A stretch of DNA of 64,000 nt from Candidatus Zhuqueibacterota bacterium (GCA_049322915.1 JBMOPW010000026.1:128001-192000); one strand, 5' to 3'. Counted from the stretch's first letter, positions 50,081 through 60,206 are shown. Program-made: numbers and translations. The notes: generated by a model not told the origin, from the letters alone.

Positions 50081-53000
50081 TTGGGATGTGCGGTGAAAAA
50101 TTTATTTCAACAAACAACTCCCCTCCTTATTTTGAGTGCCACACTCAGCTTTCTTCTTTCTGCGCAAGACGTATATTCATCAGATAATAAAAAACCGAGC
50201 CAACAGCAAACCCTCATCGGCGGCGTCATCGATGTTTCTGACTTGAAGATTGGATTTGTGAATAATGGTCGCTTTTGTGCGCCGAGGAATTATTTACCTG
50301 ATTTACCGAGTGCTCTCTATGACAGTTTAGGTTATTTAGCAAAATTGGATTTATGGGTGGGTGTTCCAAATGGTCCCTGGGCTCCGAAAATTTGGAATGC
50401 CGATTCACAGAAATATGTTTCTTTGGGACCAACTGTATCCGGAACTGTTTTCGATCCGCGTAATCAATATGTAACAGATTGGTCCAGTATTGAAGGCACA
50501 GAAGATATTATTTACACCAAAGACATTTTGTTTAGTGAACTATACGGCCCATCTGAACTCTTTGACTTTTTTATCGCTCCAACAAGTAACATTGAAAAAA
50601 CCTGGCCTATAAATTCGTATACAGGATTAAGAGAATGGCCAGGTCGCTGGAGAAAAAATCCTGTTACTGGCAAATTAGTAGAAGAAGTATTTTTAGGTGA
50701 TCAGGACGTGTACATCTCTTATGATGATAAACGTAATTTTGACGCAAGTAAAAACTATCCAATTGGCGCAGAGGTAATAGCGCAGGTTGTTGGTTTTAAG
50801 GAATCCTATATTTCAAACATGGTGATTTATGATTTACAAATTGTCAACACAAGTGAATGGAATTATCATGATGTTTATCTGGGAATTTACTCTGAGGCAG
50901 ACAATCCATTATACTGGTTGAATGCCAATCTGGCGAACTACAGGCGGTTGAAAACTGGCTATTTCAAGAATGAATATGATGTAAGTTCAGGATCCATTTT
51001 TCCCTATAATCTGAGCTATAGCCAAAATGATAGTCCAGGAATAATGCTGCTTGGAATTCAATTTTTAAAAACACCTTTGGCCGAAAACGACAACCTTGAC
51101 AATGATGAGGATGGAACAATCGATGAAGCAAATGAAGAACTGGGTCTAACAGGTTGGCATTATTTGCATCCCACTTCAGTGCTCTGGTCTCCACAAGCAA
51201 TTCAAGAACGAGCACAGTATCAAATTTTGGCTGGTGATACTACAGGCCTGGCATGGATGATTGATTCGACCTGTTTTTATCCAAATCAGAATGGTGTTCT
51301 CAATCCTGATTTCGATTCCCCTGAACAGATTGAACAACCTGATGATATGAGAAATATTCGAGGAACAGTTCAGGTGGCTTACAATCTTATGAGCTGCGGC
51401 CCAATCAATTGGCAGCGTGGCGACACACTCAATTTTGTCTTTGCTGTATTAGTCGCTGAAAATATAGAAAAATTAAAGGCAAGCGCCCGCATGGCTCATA
51501 AACTTGTCCACAATGACTATTACTATCCCAAAGGTCCACCTCCTCCAAAACTCAATGCTGTACCAAAAGATTCAAAGGTCACTTTATATTGGGATCGGTC
51601 CGCCGAAACCGCAAAAGATATGCTTACTGGTTATCAGAGTTTTGAAGGCTATAAAATCTATCGCACTACAACCGATCCGAGTAACAATGAGTGGGGTACA
51701 AAAAATTTAGATGATCTGGGGAATTTCATCAATTTTATTCCAATTGCCCGTTGTGATCTAACAAATGGAGTTAAGGGATATGAAACTGTATATCCGTATC
51801 AGTATTTAGGCGATGATTCTGGACTATTTCATTCCTGGACTGATACAAGCGTAACAAACGGCGTCACATACTGGTATAGTGTTTGCTCTTACGATAGAGG
51901 CATCTTGGAAAATGATGAGATAAATATTTACAATTTTCGGGCCTCCCCCATGCAGGAATGTCCCAGAGGAACCGATCCTGATTCCGATGCCAATTTAGTT
52001 AAAGTTGTACCTGGAATGCCATCGACAAATCACTGCGATCCGACCGTGCAAATTGAGCGACTTCCAGGAACATCAGGGACAGGATCAGTTGAAGCAATTT
52101 CTATCGATCCTTTTTCAATTACGGGGCATGATTATAATCTTGTATTTGACGACACAACTTACAGATTTGCAGTTTATAATCTTTATAATGAAACTGATAA
52201 TCGGTTGATATTTGAAAATGTAATTCAAACGAATGGAGAAGAAGGTATAACTTTTGATGGATTGCTTTTAACGGTCAAACGCTTTGATGAAATGCACGTC
52301 AGAAATGATGAAACATATTGGTATAAATTCGAAACTGGAGAACTCTCAGATTGTACATGGTTAATTTACGGGGAAGCGATATTAACCTATCCCTTTCCGT
52401 ATGAGTACGAAATAAGATTCAAAAATGTTTATGAAACAGGCGTAATAACCGGTAAAACAGGACCGTTTGAAATATGGAATACTCTATTAAATCGAAAATG
52501 TACATGGGATATTTTTTATGACTCGGAGACCGACTCCACTGAAAAATTGAAAAATCGGTGGTCAAGTGGTGATATGATTTATATCAGGGATGAACACGAA
52601 AATAAGTTTGTTTACACGGTACGTGTTTCAATAACCGAGTATACATTTGTGACAAATGAAGGAAATCGTAATACACCGCCTCATTCAGGAGATGTCGCTA
52701 AAATCCCAATGGACAGACCTTTTTTAAGCGGTGATCAATTCCGCATAAAAACAAATCCCTTACAAACAAGAGCAGCTTTCAAAAACGAGTTGGATCGAAT
52801 AAAGGTCGTTCCAAATCCCTACAATTTTCATGCAGAATGGGAGCTTGACCGAAACGACTCCCGTATCCAGTTCATCCATTTGCCTTCGGAATGCTCGATT
52901 CACATTTACACCCTGGCCGGCGACAAAGTGCGAACCCTGCATCACACCAATCCCAACACCGATTACGAATTCTGGGATTTGCTCAATTTCAGCAATTTGA

Positions 53001-53083
53001 AAGCGAGTTACGGGTTGTACGTGTATGTGGTGGATACGCCTGATGGCAAGGCAACGACCGGGAAGTTTGTGATTTTGAGGTGA
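50081..53083 (+). CDS. Large secreted protein, paralog 3
   Basis: Same collinear motifs; AT-rich except the last ~245 bp; true start may be GTG 50093. Confidence 0.88.
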   Translation: MGCAVKNLFQQTTPLLILSATLSFLLSAQDVYSSDNKKPSQQQTLIGGVIDVSDLKIGFVNNGRFCAPRNYLPDLPSALYDSLGYLAKLDLWVGVPNGPWAPKIWNADSQKYVSLGPTVSGTVFDPRNQYVTDWSSIEGTEDIIYTKDILFSELYGPSELFDFFIAPTSNIEKTWPINSYTGLREWPGRWRKNPVTGKLVEEVFLGDQDVYISYDDKRNFDASKNYPIGAEVIAQVVGFKESYISNMVIYDLQIVNTSEWNYHDVYLGIYSEADNPLYWLNANLANYRRLKTGYFKNEYDVSSGSIFPYNLSYSQNDSPGIMLLGIQFLKTPLAENDNLDNDEDGTIDEANEELGLTGWHYLHPTSVLWSPQAIQERAQYQILAGDTTGLAWMIDSTCFYPNQNGVLNPDFDSPEQIEQPDDMRNIRGTVQVAYNLMSCGPINWQRGDTLNFVFAVLVAENIEKLKASARMAHKLVHNDYYYPKGPPPPKLNAVPKDSKVTLYWDRSAETAKDMLTGYQSFEGYKIYRTTTDPSNNEWGTKNLDDLGNFINFIPIARCDLTNGVKGYETVYPYQYLGDDSGLFHSWTDTSVTNGVTYWYSVCSYDRGILENDEINIYNFRASPMQECPRGTDPDSDANLVKVVPGMPSTNHCDPTVQIERLPGTSGTGSVEAISIDPFSITGHDYNLVFDDTTYRFAVYNLYNETDNRLIFENVIQTNGEEGITFDGLLLTVKRFDEMHVRNDETYWYKFETGELSDCTWLIYGEAILTYPFPYEYEIRFKNVYETGVITGKTGPFEIWNTLLNRKCTWDIFYDSETDSTEKLKNRWSSGDMIYIRDEHENKFVYTVRVSITEYTFVTNEGNRNTPPHSGDVAKIPMDRPFLSGDQFRIKTNPLQTRAAFKNELDRIKVVPNPYNFHAEWELDRNDSRIQFIHLPSECSIHIYTLAGDKVRTLHHTNPNTDYEFWDLLNFSNLKASYGLYVYVVDTPDGKATTGKFVILR

Positions 53084-53124
53084 GTTCATCGACGCGAGAA
53101 CAATTTACGAGTGGATTTTTTAAC

Positions 53125-53153
53125 TTGACAGTTTAACTAAAATATGTTAAATT
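53125..53153 (+). promoter_or_regulatory. Putative internal sigma70 promoter for paralog 4
   Basis: TTGACA-17nt-TAAATT with extended -10 TG. Confidence 0.55.
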
Positions 53154-53181
53154 GAAATATCCAACTATTTCTGGTGATGAA

Positions 53182-56100
53182 ATGAACCACCTCAGAATTA
53201 TAAAATCTTGCGTGGCCTTTCCTGTCATTTGCCTCTTATTCTTCTGCTTTAAAACAAGCAACCTGCATTCTCAAAGTCTCTCGAAGGAAAAAATAAAATC
53301 GCCAATGTTAAAAAAAGAAAGAACCAGGGAACTGCTCATCGGCGGAGTCATTAACAAATCGAATTTAAAAATCGGCTTTTTAAACAATGGCAGGTTTTGC
53401 GCTCCGGAAGAATTTTTACCTGATTTGCCAGGCGCGTTATTTGGCGACTATGGTTATTTAGGCAGACTCGATTTATGGATAGGTGTTCCGGATGGCCCAT
53501 GGGCGTCCGAAGTCTGGGATCCTCAATCTCAGACGTATATAACGATGGGACCGTCAGTGTCAGGTACTATCTATGAGCCATTGCCCACCGATACGGACTG
53601 GTCCACAATCAATGCCACAAGTGGAGCGCTCTATACCCCGGATGTGCTTTACAGTGATATTTATAAGCCTTCAGAATTATTTGATTTTATTCTTGCTCCT
53701 GCAAATGAATTGAAACAGACCTGGCCAAGAAACACACTGACAGGATTGAGAGAGTGGCCCGGCAAATGGAAAAAGGATCCTTTGACTGGAAAACCAATGG
53801 AGGGAGAATTTTTAGGAGATCAACAGATATTTTTATCCTTTGATGATAAAACTTATGCAGATCAACTTGTTCCGGAAGAAGTAGCTTACGGCGGGTTTCC
53901 ACCACAAAGGGGATATTCAATTGGCGCAGAAGTGCTGGCGAATGTGATTGGTTTTCAGGAAGCCTATATTTCGAAGATGGCGATTTTTGATTTGCAAATT
54001 ATCAATACCAGCCAGTGGGATTATCACGACGTTTATCTCGGAATTTACTACGAATCTGACAATCCCTGGTATTGGCTGCGTGAAGGACGGCCCCGCTATT
54101 ACGGTCTGAAAACCGGATATATAAAGAACGAATACAATCCAAAAACAGATGAAGTTATCCTGTATAATTTAAGCTACAATTATAATGTTGAAGGGTATGC
54201 TGACGATGATCCGAATTGTTTCGGTGTGCAACTTTTAAAAACGCCAGCAGCAATGAATGATCAATTCGACAATGATGGCGATGGAATTATCGATGAGCCG
54301 GATGGGGAAGAATTGGGACTCACTGGGTGGCATTTTTTCCCGTTTTATGGAATTTATGATTACGGGAACAGAGAGAAATTGCAATATCAAATATTAAAGG
54401 GTGACACAACCGGGTTATCACGGTTCAATTTAATCGATAACAATTGTTTTTATAAAGATGCAGATGGAAATCTCGATCCCAATTTTGATTCTCCTGATGG
54501 AATAAAATACTGGCGGTTCGGTGAGATTTGGTTGATTTATAATGTGCTGTCCTGTGGCCCTCTCACGTGGCACAGCAGCGATACTCTTAATTTTGTCTTT
54601 GGAATCTTATTAGCCGATGATTTTGAAAAGTTAAAGGGAAGCGCCCAGATAGCGAGGAAAATAGTTCAAAGCGACTATCGTCGTTCAGAAGGGCCATCAC
54701 CGCCAAATGTTACGGCAGTTCCTCAAAATGGGAAAGTGACATTATACTGGGATCGCTCTGCTGAAACATCCGAAGATTTTATTACCGGTTATCAGGACTT
54801 TGAAGGATATAAAATTTACCGTACAACTTCAGATCCGATAAATAATGAATGGGGGGAACGAATAATAGACCACCAGGGCAAGCAGATAAATTTTATGCCT
54901 GTTGCAAGTTGTGATCTTGACAATAAAATTTCAGGATATGAACCAGTTTATCCATTTCAATATCTTGGCGATGATACCGGGCTTTTTCACACATGGACTG
55001 ATTCGAGTGTCACCAATGGAGTGACTTACTGGTATAGCGTCTGTTCTTACGATCATGGCATAGTTGATGATGAGAATTTAAATCCATCTCATTTTCCGCC
55101 ATCCCCGCTAAAAGAATGCCCTAAAGGAACTGATCCTGATAACTCACAAAATTTAGTGAAAGTTATTCCCGGTGTCCAGGCGTACGATCATGAGGTTGCT
55201 CACGCGGAATTAGAAACGTTGTCTGATGTTTCGGGTAACGGGCCAATTACTCCTTACATCATCGATCCCTATCAGGTCACAGGCCACGATTATCTCATCA
55301 TGTTCGAAGACACCACGTTCGGTTACGCGGTCTACAATCTCTACGATGAAACCGATGGAACCATGCTGTTCGAAAAAGTGGCCAGCACGAATGGCGAGGA
55401 AGGGCTGATCTTCGACGGCATTCAACTCTCCATTCAGCGCTATGATGATATGGATGTTTTGAACGAGAAAACATTTTGGTTCAAATATGAAACCGGCGAA
55501 TTATCGAACTGTACCTGGACGATTCTAGGCGGCAAATTAACATGGGATCCCTATCCCTACGAATACGATATTCGATTCACCGATAAAATGGACACCAGTA
55601 TTTTTCTCAAGAAGACCGCGCCGTTCGAAATCTGGAACACTATTTTGAATCAAAAAGCGCTGTGGGATATTTATTTTAATTACGCCGGCACCGACACCAC
55701 AGATTCGCTGAAGAACACCTGGTCCAGCGGGGACATGATTTACATCTGGGACGAATTCAACGAGGAGAATAAATTCACGCTGCGGATCACCATCACCGAG
55801 CGGTCGATTTATACATACCAGGGCCTGGTGAACAATCCACCCCAACCAGGCGACGCCGCGCACATCGCGCTGAAGCGGCCGTTTATTACAGGCGATCAGT
55901 TTCGCATCCGAACCAGCGCCTTGAAGAAAAAACAGATCGGGCAGGCTGACTTGAGCGACATCAAAGTCGTGCCCAACCCCTACGTGGTGGGCGCCGACTG
56001 GGAGCTTGGTAAGGACGACTCCCGCATCCAGTTCATCCATTTGCCGTCGGAATGCTCGATTCACATTTACACCCTGGCCGGCGACAAAGTGCGAACCCTG

Positions 56101-56244
56101 CATCACACCAATCCCAATACGGATTACGAATTCTGGGACTTGCTCAATTTCAGCAATTTGAAGGCGAGTTATGGTTTGTATGTCTATGTGGTGGAGACGC
56201 CGGATGGCAAGGCGATGACCGGCAAGTTTGTGATTTTGAGATGA
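53182..56244 (+). CDS. Large secreted protein, paralog 4
   Basis: Same collinear motifs; last ~1 kb aligns ungapped to paralog 2 at offset 7800. Confidence 0.88.
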   Translation: MNHLRIIKSCVAFPVICLLFFCFKTSNLHSQSLSKEKIKSPMLKKERTRELLIGGVINKSNLKIGFLNNGRFCAPEEFLPDLPGALFGDYGYLGRLDLWIGVPDGPWASEVWDPQSQTYITMGPSVSGTIYEPLPTDTDWSTINATSGALYTPDVLYSDIYKPSELFDFILAPANELKQTWPRNTLTGLREWPGKWKKDPLTGKPMEGEFLGDQQIFLSFDDKTYADQLVPEEVAYGGFPPQRGYSIGAEVLANVIGFQEAYISKMAIFDLQIINTSQWDYHDVYLGIYYESDNPWYWLREGRPRYYGLKTGYIKNEYNPKTDEVILYNLSYNYNVEGYADDDPNCFGVQLLKTPAAMNDQFDNDGDGIIDEPDGEELGLTGWHFFPFYGIYDYGNREKLQYQILKGDTTGLSRFNLIDNNCFYKDADGNLDPNFDSPDGIKYWRFGEIWLIYNVLSCGPLTWHSSDTLNFVFGILLADDFEKLKGSAQIARKIVQSDYRRSEGPSPPNVTAVPQNGKVTLYWDRSAETSEDFITGYQDFEGYKIYRTTSDPINNEWGERIIDHQGKQINFMPVASCDLDNKISGYEPVYPFQYLGDDTGLFHTWTDSSVTNGVTYWYSVCSYDHGIVDDENLNPSHFPPSPLKECPKGTDPDNSQNLVKVIPGVQAYDHEVAHAELETLSDVSGNGPITPYIIDPYQVTGHDYLIMFEDTTFGYAVYNLYDETDGTMLFEKVASTNGEEGLIFDGIQLSIQRYDDMDVLNEKTFWFKYETGELSNCTWTILGGKLTWDPYPYEYDIRFTDKMDTSIFLKKTAPFEIWNTILNQKALWDIYFNYAGTDTTDSLKNTWSSGDMIYIWDEFNEENKFTLRITITERSIYTYQGLVNNPPQPGDAAHIALKRPFITGDQFRIRTSALKKKQIGQADLSDIKVVPNPYVVGADWELGKDDSRIQFIHLPSECSIHIYTLAGDKVRTLHHTNPNTDYEFWDLLNFSNLKASYGLYVYVVETPDGKAMTGKFVILR

Positions 56245-56250
56245 ACGAGT

Positions 56251-56808
56251 CAGATGGCGGATGCCAGATGGCAGATTACGGATACAAGATAAAAAATTTA
56301 TTAGCAAAAATTGTGTTGCTATTTAGCTGATTTTTTTTAAATTTTGAAATGGGGAAAACGTGAATAAAAATGTTGGTTTCAAAGATTTGGAAGTTTATAA
56401 ATTAGCAAAGCAACTGGCAGTTGAAATTCATAAAATGACACTTTCGCTGCCGAAGTTCGAACTATTTGAAGAAGGAAGTCAAGTCAGGCGTTCATCGAAA
56501 TCTGTTGTAGCAAACATTGTTGAGGGATTCGGGAGAAGGCGTTATAAAAATGAATTTCTAAAACACATTACAATCGCCCTTTCAGAATGCGATGAAACCC
56601 AGGTTCACCTGGAACTTTTATATGAGACTGGTTCTTTAAAAGATGAAGAGATGTATCAGAAATTAAAGGAAGAAACAAATAAATTAGCCCGAATGTTAAA
56701 CACTTTTTTCCATTCAATCTTAAAACAACACATCAGCTAAAAATAATAAATACTTATCTGGCATCTGTTGTCAGAAATCCGGAATCTGACATCCGGCATC
56801 TGGCATCA
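56251..56808. repeat. Inverted heptamer arrays bracketing the four-helix-bundle gene
   Basis: CAGATGGCGGATGCCAGATGGCAGAT (from 56251) and ATCTGACATCCGGCATCTGGCATC (to ~56808). Confidence 0.8.
56360..56740 (+). CDS. Four helix bundle protein (23S rRNA IVS-encoded family)
   Basis: FKDLEVYKLA, LPKFE, SQVRRSSKSVVANIVEGFGRR, ECDETQVHL. Confidence 0.93.
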   Translation: MNKNVGFKDLEVYKLAKQLAVEIHKMTLSLPKFELFEEGSQVRRSSKSVVANIVEGFGRRRYKNEFLKHITIALSECDETQVHLELLYETGSLKDEEMYQKLKEETNKLARMLNTFFHSILKQHIS

Positions 56809-56823
56809 AGATTTAGGAGAAAA

Positions 56824-57615
56824 TTGATGAAGCTTCATCAACAAATCTTTACTTTATTATTTTTAATTGTCGCCATGTTATTCTGTACAGAGAAAATACC
56901 GGAAGGGCCGGAGCGGACGGAGATTCTCGATGTGAGATTATTCCTTGAAGATGGCAGGGCCGAATTTGCCCAGGAGAATAACTGGGAGAACCGTTTCAAG
57001 CTCCCGCCGCAAAAGATGACGCAGGATCAATATGAAGCGCTGGCGCAATGGCAGGTCCCGTTCGGCTTGTGGGTACACAATGATTTTGATGAAGCCATCG
57101 ACGGAAAAAAATGGATCAAGATCGCGGTGAATTTGTGGTCAGCGGATGAATCGGATAACTGGACGGCGCGCCTTGTATATGCGGACACGACGTCCACGCG
57201 GAATATGACCATCCCCCCGGGGGATTCCATCACGATTTACACCGGGGATAAACTGGCCTGGAATCAACGCAACGATGCGGGTAAAAGCATACACATGACT
57301 GATACGTATACACCCATCTGGGTGGAATGCACGATTTTTGATTCATTGTTCAAATCCCCTGACACCACAATTTTCTGGCGCCATTGCGACACAACCATGC
57401 TGGCGCCGGTGGATACTGTCGTCGCGTTCGATGCCCCGAAAATTGTGAAAGCGCAGGCTGAGGTGCAGCTATTCCAAAATTACCACATCGTTCAATCCAA
57501 TATTGTTGAATTCACTATCAACTACTATTTTCCTTCGGAAGGATTTAATAAGAAATTCTGGTGCCGCGAGGGGGCGGTGCTGAACGGCGACCCGTCCTGT
57601 CCGTTTGGGAAATAG
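56824..57615 (+). CDS. Hypothetical lipoprotein
   Basis: Hydrophobic N-terminus ending LFC; four further Cys in the C-terminal half; no recognised family. Confidence 0.7.
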   Translation: MMKLHQQIFTLLFLIVAMLFCTEKIPEGPERTEILDVRLFLEDGRAEFAQENNWENRFKLPPQKMTQDQYEALAQWQVPFGLWVHNDFDEAIDGKKWIKIAVNLWSADESDNWTARLVYADTTSTRNMTIPPGDSITIYTGDKLAWNQRNDAGKSIHMTDTYTPIWVECTIFDSLFKSPDTTIFWRHCDTTMLAPVDTVVAFDAPKIVKAQAEVQLFQNYHIVQSNIVEFTINYYFPSEGFNKKFWCREGAVLNGDPSCPFGK

Positions 57616-57683
57616 GTCACTATCGATGTGAAAATGAGATGATGGATTCCTGAAACAGATGACTTACCAACCGAAGAAAGAAC

Positions 57684-60206
57684 ATGATCAAGAAAATATT
57701 ATTTTTAATTTTTGCGCTGTCCATTATGGTTCAATCCATTAGTTACGCCGGGACAACTGGCTTGTTAAAAGGCAAGGTAGTCGATAAAAAAACTGGGCAG
57801 CCGCTCATCAGTGTGAATGTCATTTTAACCGGCACCAGGTACGGCGCTGCTACCGACGCCGATGGTAAATTTGTGGTTTACAACATTCCCGCTGGCGTGT
57901 ACCAGGTGAAAGCCACCATGATAGGCTACCTGCCCTACATCATCGAAAATGTCCGCATTATCATGGATTTGAAAACAGAGGTCGACATTGAATTGACTGA
58001 AGTCGCACTTGATTGGGGAAGTGAAGTGGTGGTCACTGCGGAGAGGCCGTTGATTCAGAAAGATATCACCGGTTCCACTCATTCCGTTGGATCGCGAAAA
58101 ATAGACGAGTTGCCGGTTGATTCCTACAAAGAGGTCGTGGCGTTGCAGCCGGGCGTCACCTCGGATTTGCACATTCGCGGTGGCCGAACCACGGAAGTGC
58201 TTTATCTCGTTGATGGACTCCCCATTCAGGAGAGCATGGAAGGGGGGGCCGGCTCGGAAATCCCACAGGCGTCGGTGTCGGAAATGACCATCCAGACCGG
58301 CGGATTCAACGCAGAATACGGGAATGCCATGTCCGGCATCATTAATATTGTGACCAAGTCCGGCGGATCGTCCCACGAATTCTGGACGCGAATTGTGGAT
58401 GACCATATCGGCATCGAAAAGAGCAACAAGCGCAGCGAATGGGAATTGCTCATGTCCGGGCCGGTGTATCGCGATAAAATCGGCTATTTTCTATCGTCAA
58501 ATATTATCGTTTCGGATACGCGCTGGTGGCAGGATCTGCAGAAATACTACGATTCGCCGATGGAAAAAAATATCAACTTCATGGGCAAACTGGATTTCGA
58601 CGTGACAGACAATATCAAGCTGGTCACCCAGGCCATTTATTCGGATTGGGACATTAAAGATTATGAGTATCGCTGGCGTTACAATCTGGATGGACTTCCG
58701 CCAAAGTCCAAGCAGTCGCTGCGGTTGAGCGCGACATTCACGCACACGCTTTCACCGCGCGTATTTTACACGCTGAATTTCAGTCGTTACCAGGTGCATC
58801 ACACGCTGCAAATGGGGAGCAAGAATGCGGTGGAATCCCTGGCGCCGTTTCAGTACGAGTTACCCTGGTTTTATTTTGTCTTTTCCGGCAATCGGCTGTG
58901 GTGGCAGGACGCCACAGAAATCAGTTATCTTGCCAAAGGCAGTTTTATCGCGCAATATCATCCCATCTCTCAACTGAAAGCCGGGTTTGAATTTCAATAC
59001 TATGATCTGGAAAACGATCTCGTCAAATACGAACCGCAGAAATCGTTCTGGGGCAAGCCGCTGCTGGATGCGGATTTGCTGAACTTCAGCAGCTACTACC
59101 ATTATCGGCCCTACCAGGGCGCATTTTATATTCAAAATAAAGTGGACAACGACATCGTGGTGATGAACCTGGGCGTGCGCTACGAGTTTCTCGATCCGCG
59201 CGCGCAACGCCCTGTGGTGGAATGGATTCCGGTTTCCAACGAGGATTACGAGCAGGAGATACAATCCTGGGCTCCGGCGACGATCAAGTCGCAATGGAGC
59301 CCCCGCATTGGTTTCTCTTTTCCAGTGACGGAGAACGATCATTTTTTCATCAACTACGGCTTCTTCTTTCAGATTCCCATGTTCGACTACATGTTCACCG
59401 GTCTCAACTTCGATTTGAAAAAAGGCATCAAGGCGCTGTATGGCAATCCGGATCTGAAGCCGGAACGCACCCGCGCCATCGAGCTGAGCTACAAACGGAC
59501 ATTCTGGGATAGCTGGCTTCTCTCGTTCACCTATTTCGACAAAGATATTGCCGGGCTGGTGGACACCAAGACATTTCTGGCGTCCGACAGCAAGGCCGAG
59601 GACGATGGTTTCTCTCAGTTCATCAATCTCGCCGGTGGACGGTCAAGCGGATTTGAGCTGATGGTCGAGAAGAAGTATGGCAATTATTTTTCCGGCAAAC
59701 TCAGCTATACCCACATGAACGCCAAAGGATTGAGCGGCAGCATCGACCAGGGGCTGAATTATTTTGTCTGGGGATTTGCTGTTCCCAATGAGGAATTTTA
59801 TTTGAGCTGGGATCAGCGTCAGACATTTGTCAGCGAGATATTTGCCGGCGTGCCGAACAAGATGGGGATCAATGTGCTGTGGCGATTTAACTCGCCGCGG
59901 CCGTACACCTATTATCCCTCGCGCAGCGGCTACGTGGCCGACGAATCCATTGAAATGAAGCCGAACAACGCCCGCATGAAGAACATGTCGTACGTCGATA
60001 TTAAAATTTTTAAAACATGGCAACTCACTCAGAAACTTTCGACCATGCTGTACCTGGACGTGCGGAACCTGATGGATACCTACAATGTGCTATGGATTGC
60101 ATCGGACGGACGAATCGGCGGTGAGCTGAGCGATCCCAGCGCCTGGGATATTGGCCGACGCGTGAACCTGGGATTGAAAATATCCTTCGAAGCTGGCCGC
60201 TATTGA
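57684..60206 (+). CDS. TonB-dependent receptor with CarboxypepD-like N-domain
   Basis: AGTTG.LKG.V.D, LHIRGGR..EVLYLVDG, TGGFNAEYGNAMSG, SPRIGFSFP, GNPDLKPERT. Confidence 0.93.
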   Translation: MIKKILFLIFALSIMVQSISYAGTTGLLKGKVVDKKTGQPLISVNVILTGTRYGAATDADGKFVVYNIPAGVYQVKATMIGYLPYIIENVRIIMDLKTEVDIELTEVALDWGSEVVVTAERPLIQKDITGSTHSVGSRKIDELPVDSYKEVVALQPGVTSDLHIRGGRTTEVLYLVDGLPIQESMEGGAGSEIPQASVSEMTIQTGGFNAEYGNAMSGIINIVTKSGGSSHEFWTRIVDDHIGIEKSNKRSEWELLMSGPVYRDKIGYFLSSNIIVSDTRWWQDLQKYYDSPMEKNINFMGKLDFDVTDNIKLVTQAIYSDWDIKDYEYRWRYNLDGLPPKSKQSLRLSATFTHTLSPRVFYTLNFSRYQVHHTLQMGSKNAVESLAPFQYELPWFYFVFSGNRLWWQDATEISYLAKGSFIAQYHPISQLKAGFEFQYYDLENDLVKYEPQKSFWGKPLLDADLLNFSSYYHYRPYQGAFYIQNKVDNDIVVMNLGVRYEFLDPRAQRPVVEWIPVSNEDYEQEIQSWAPATIKSQWSPRIGFSFPVTENDHFFINYGFFFQIPMFDYMFTGLNFDLKKGIKALYGNPDLKPERTRAIELSYKRTFWDSWLLSFTYFDKDIAGLVDTKTFLASDSKAEDDGFSQFINLAGGRSSGFELMVEKKYGNYFSGKLSYTHMNAKGLSGSIDQGLNYFVWGFAVPNEEFYLSWDQRQTFVSEIFAGVPNKMGINVLWRFNSPRPYTYYPSRSGYVADESIEMKPNNARMKNMSYVDIKIFKTWQLTQKLSTMLYLDVRNLMDTYNVLWIASDGRIGGELSDPSAWDIGRRVNLGLKISFEAGRY

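Noticed and set aside
48444..50081. Integron cassette array
   Set aside because: No integrase and no convincing attC (RYYYAAC...GTTRRRY) sites between the small genes; several genes overlap directly
42124..56740. Diversity-generating retroelement acting on the paralogs (four-helix bundle as Avd)
   Set aside because: No reverse transcriptase or non-coding template repeat in the window; differences between the 3' repeats are largely synonymous and not adenine-restricted; the variable regions include indels
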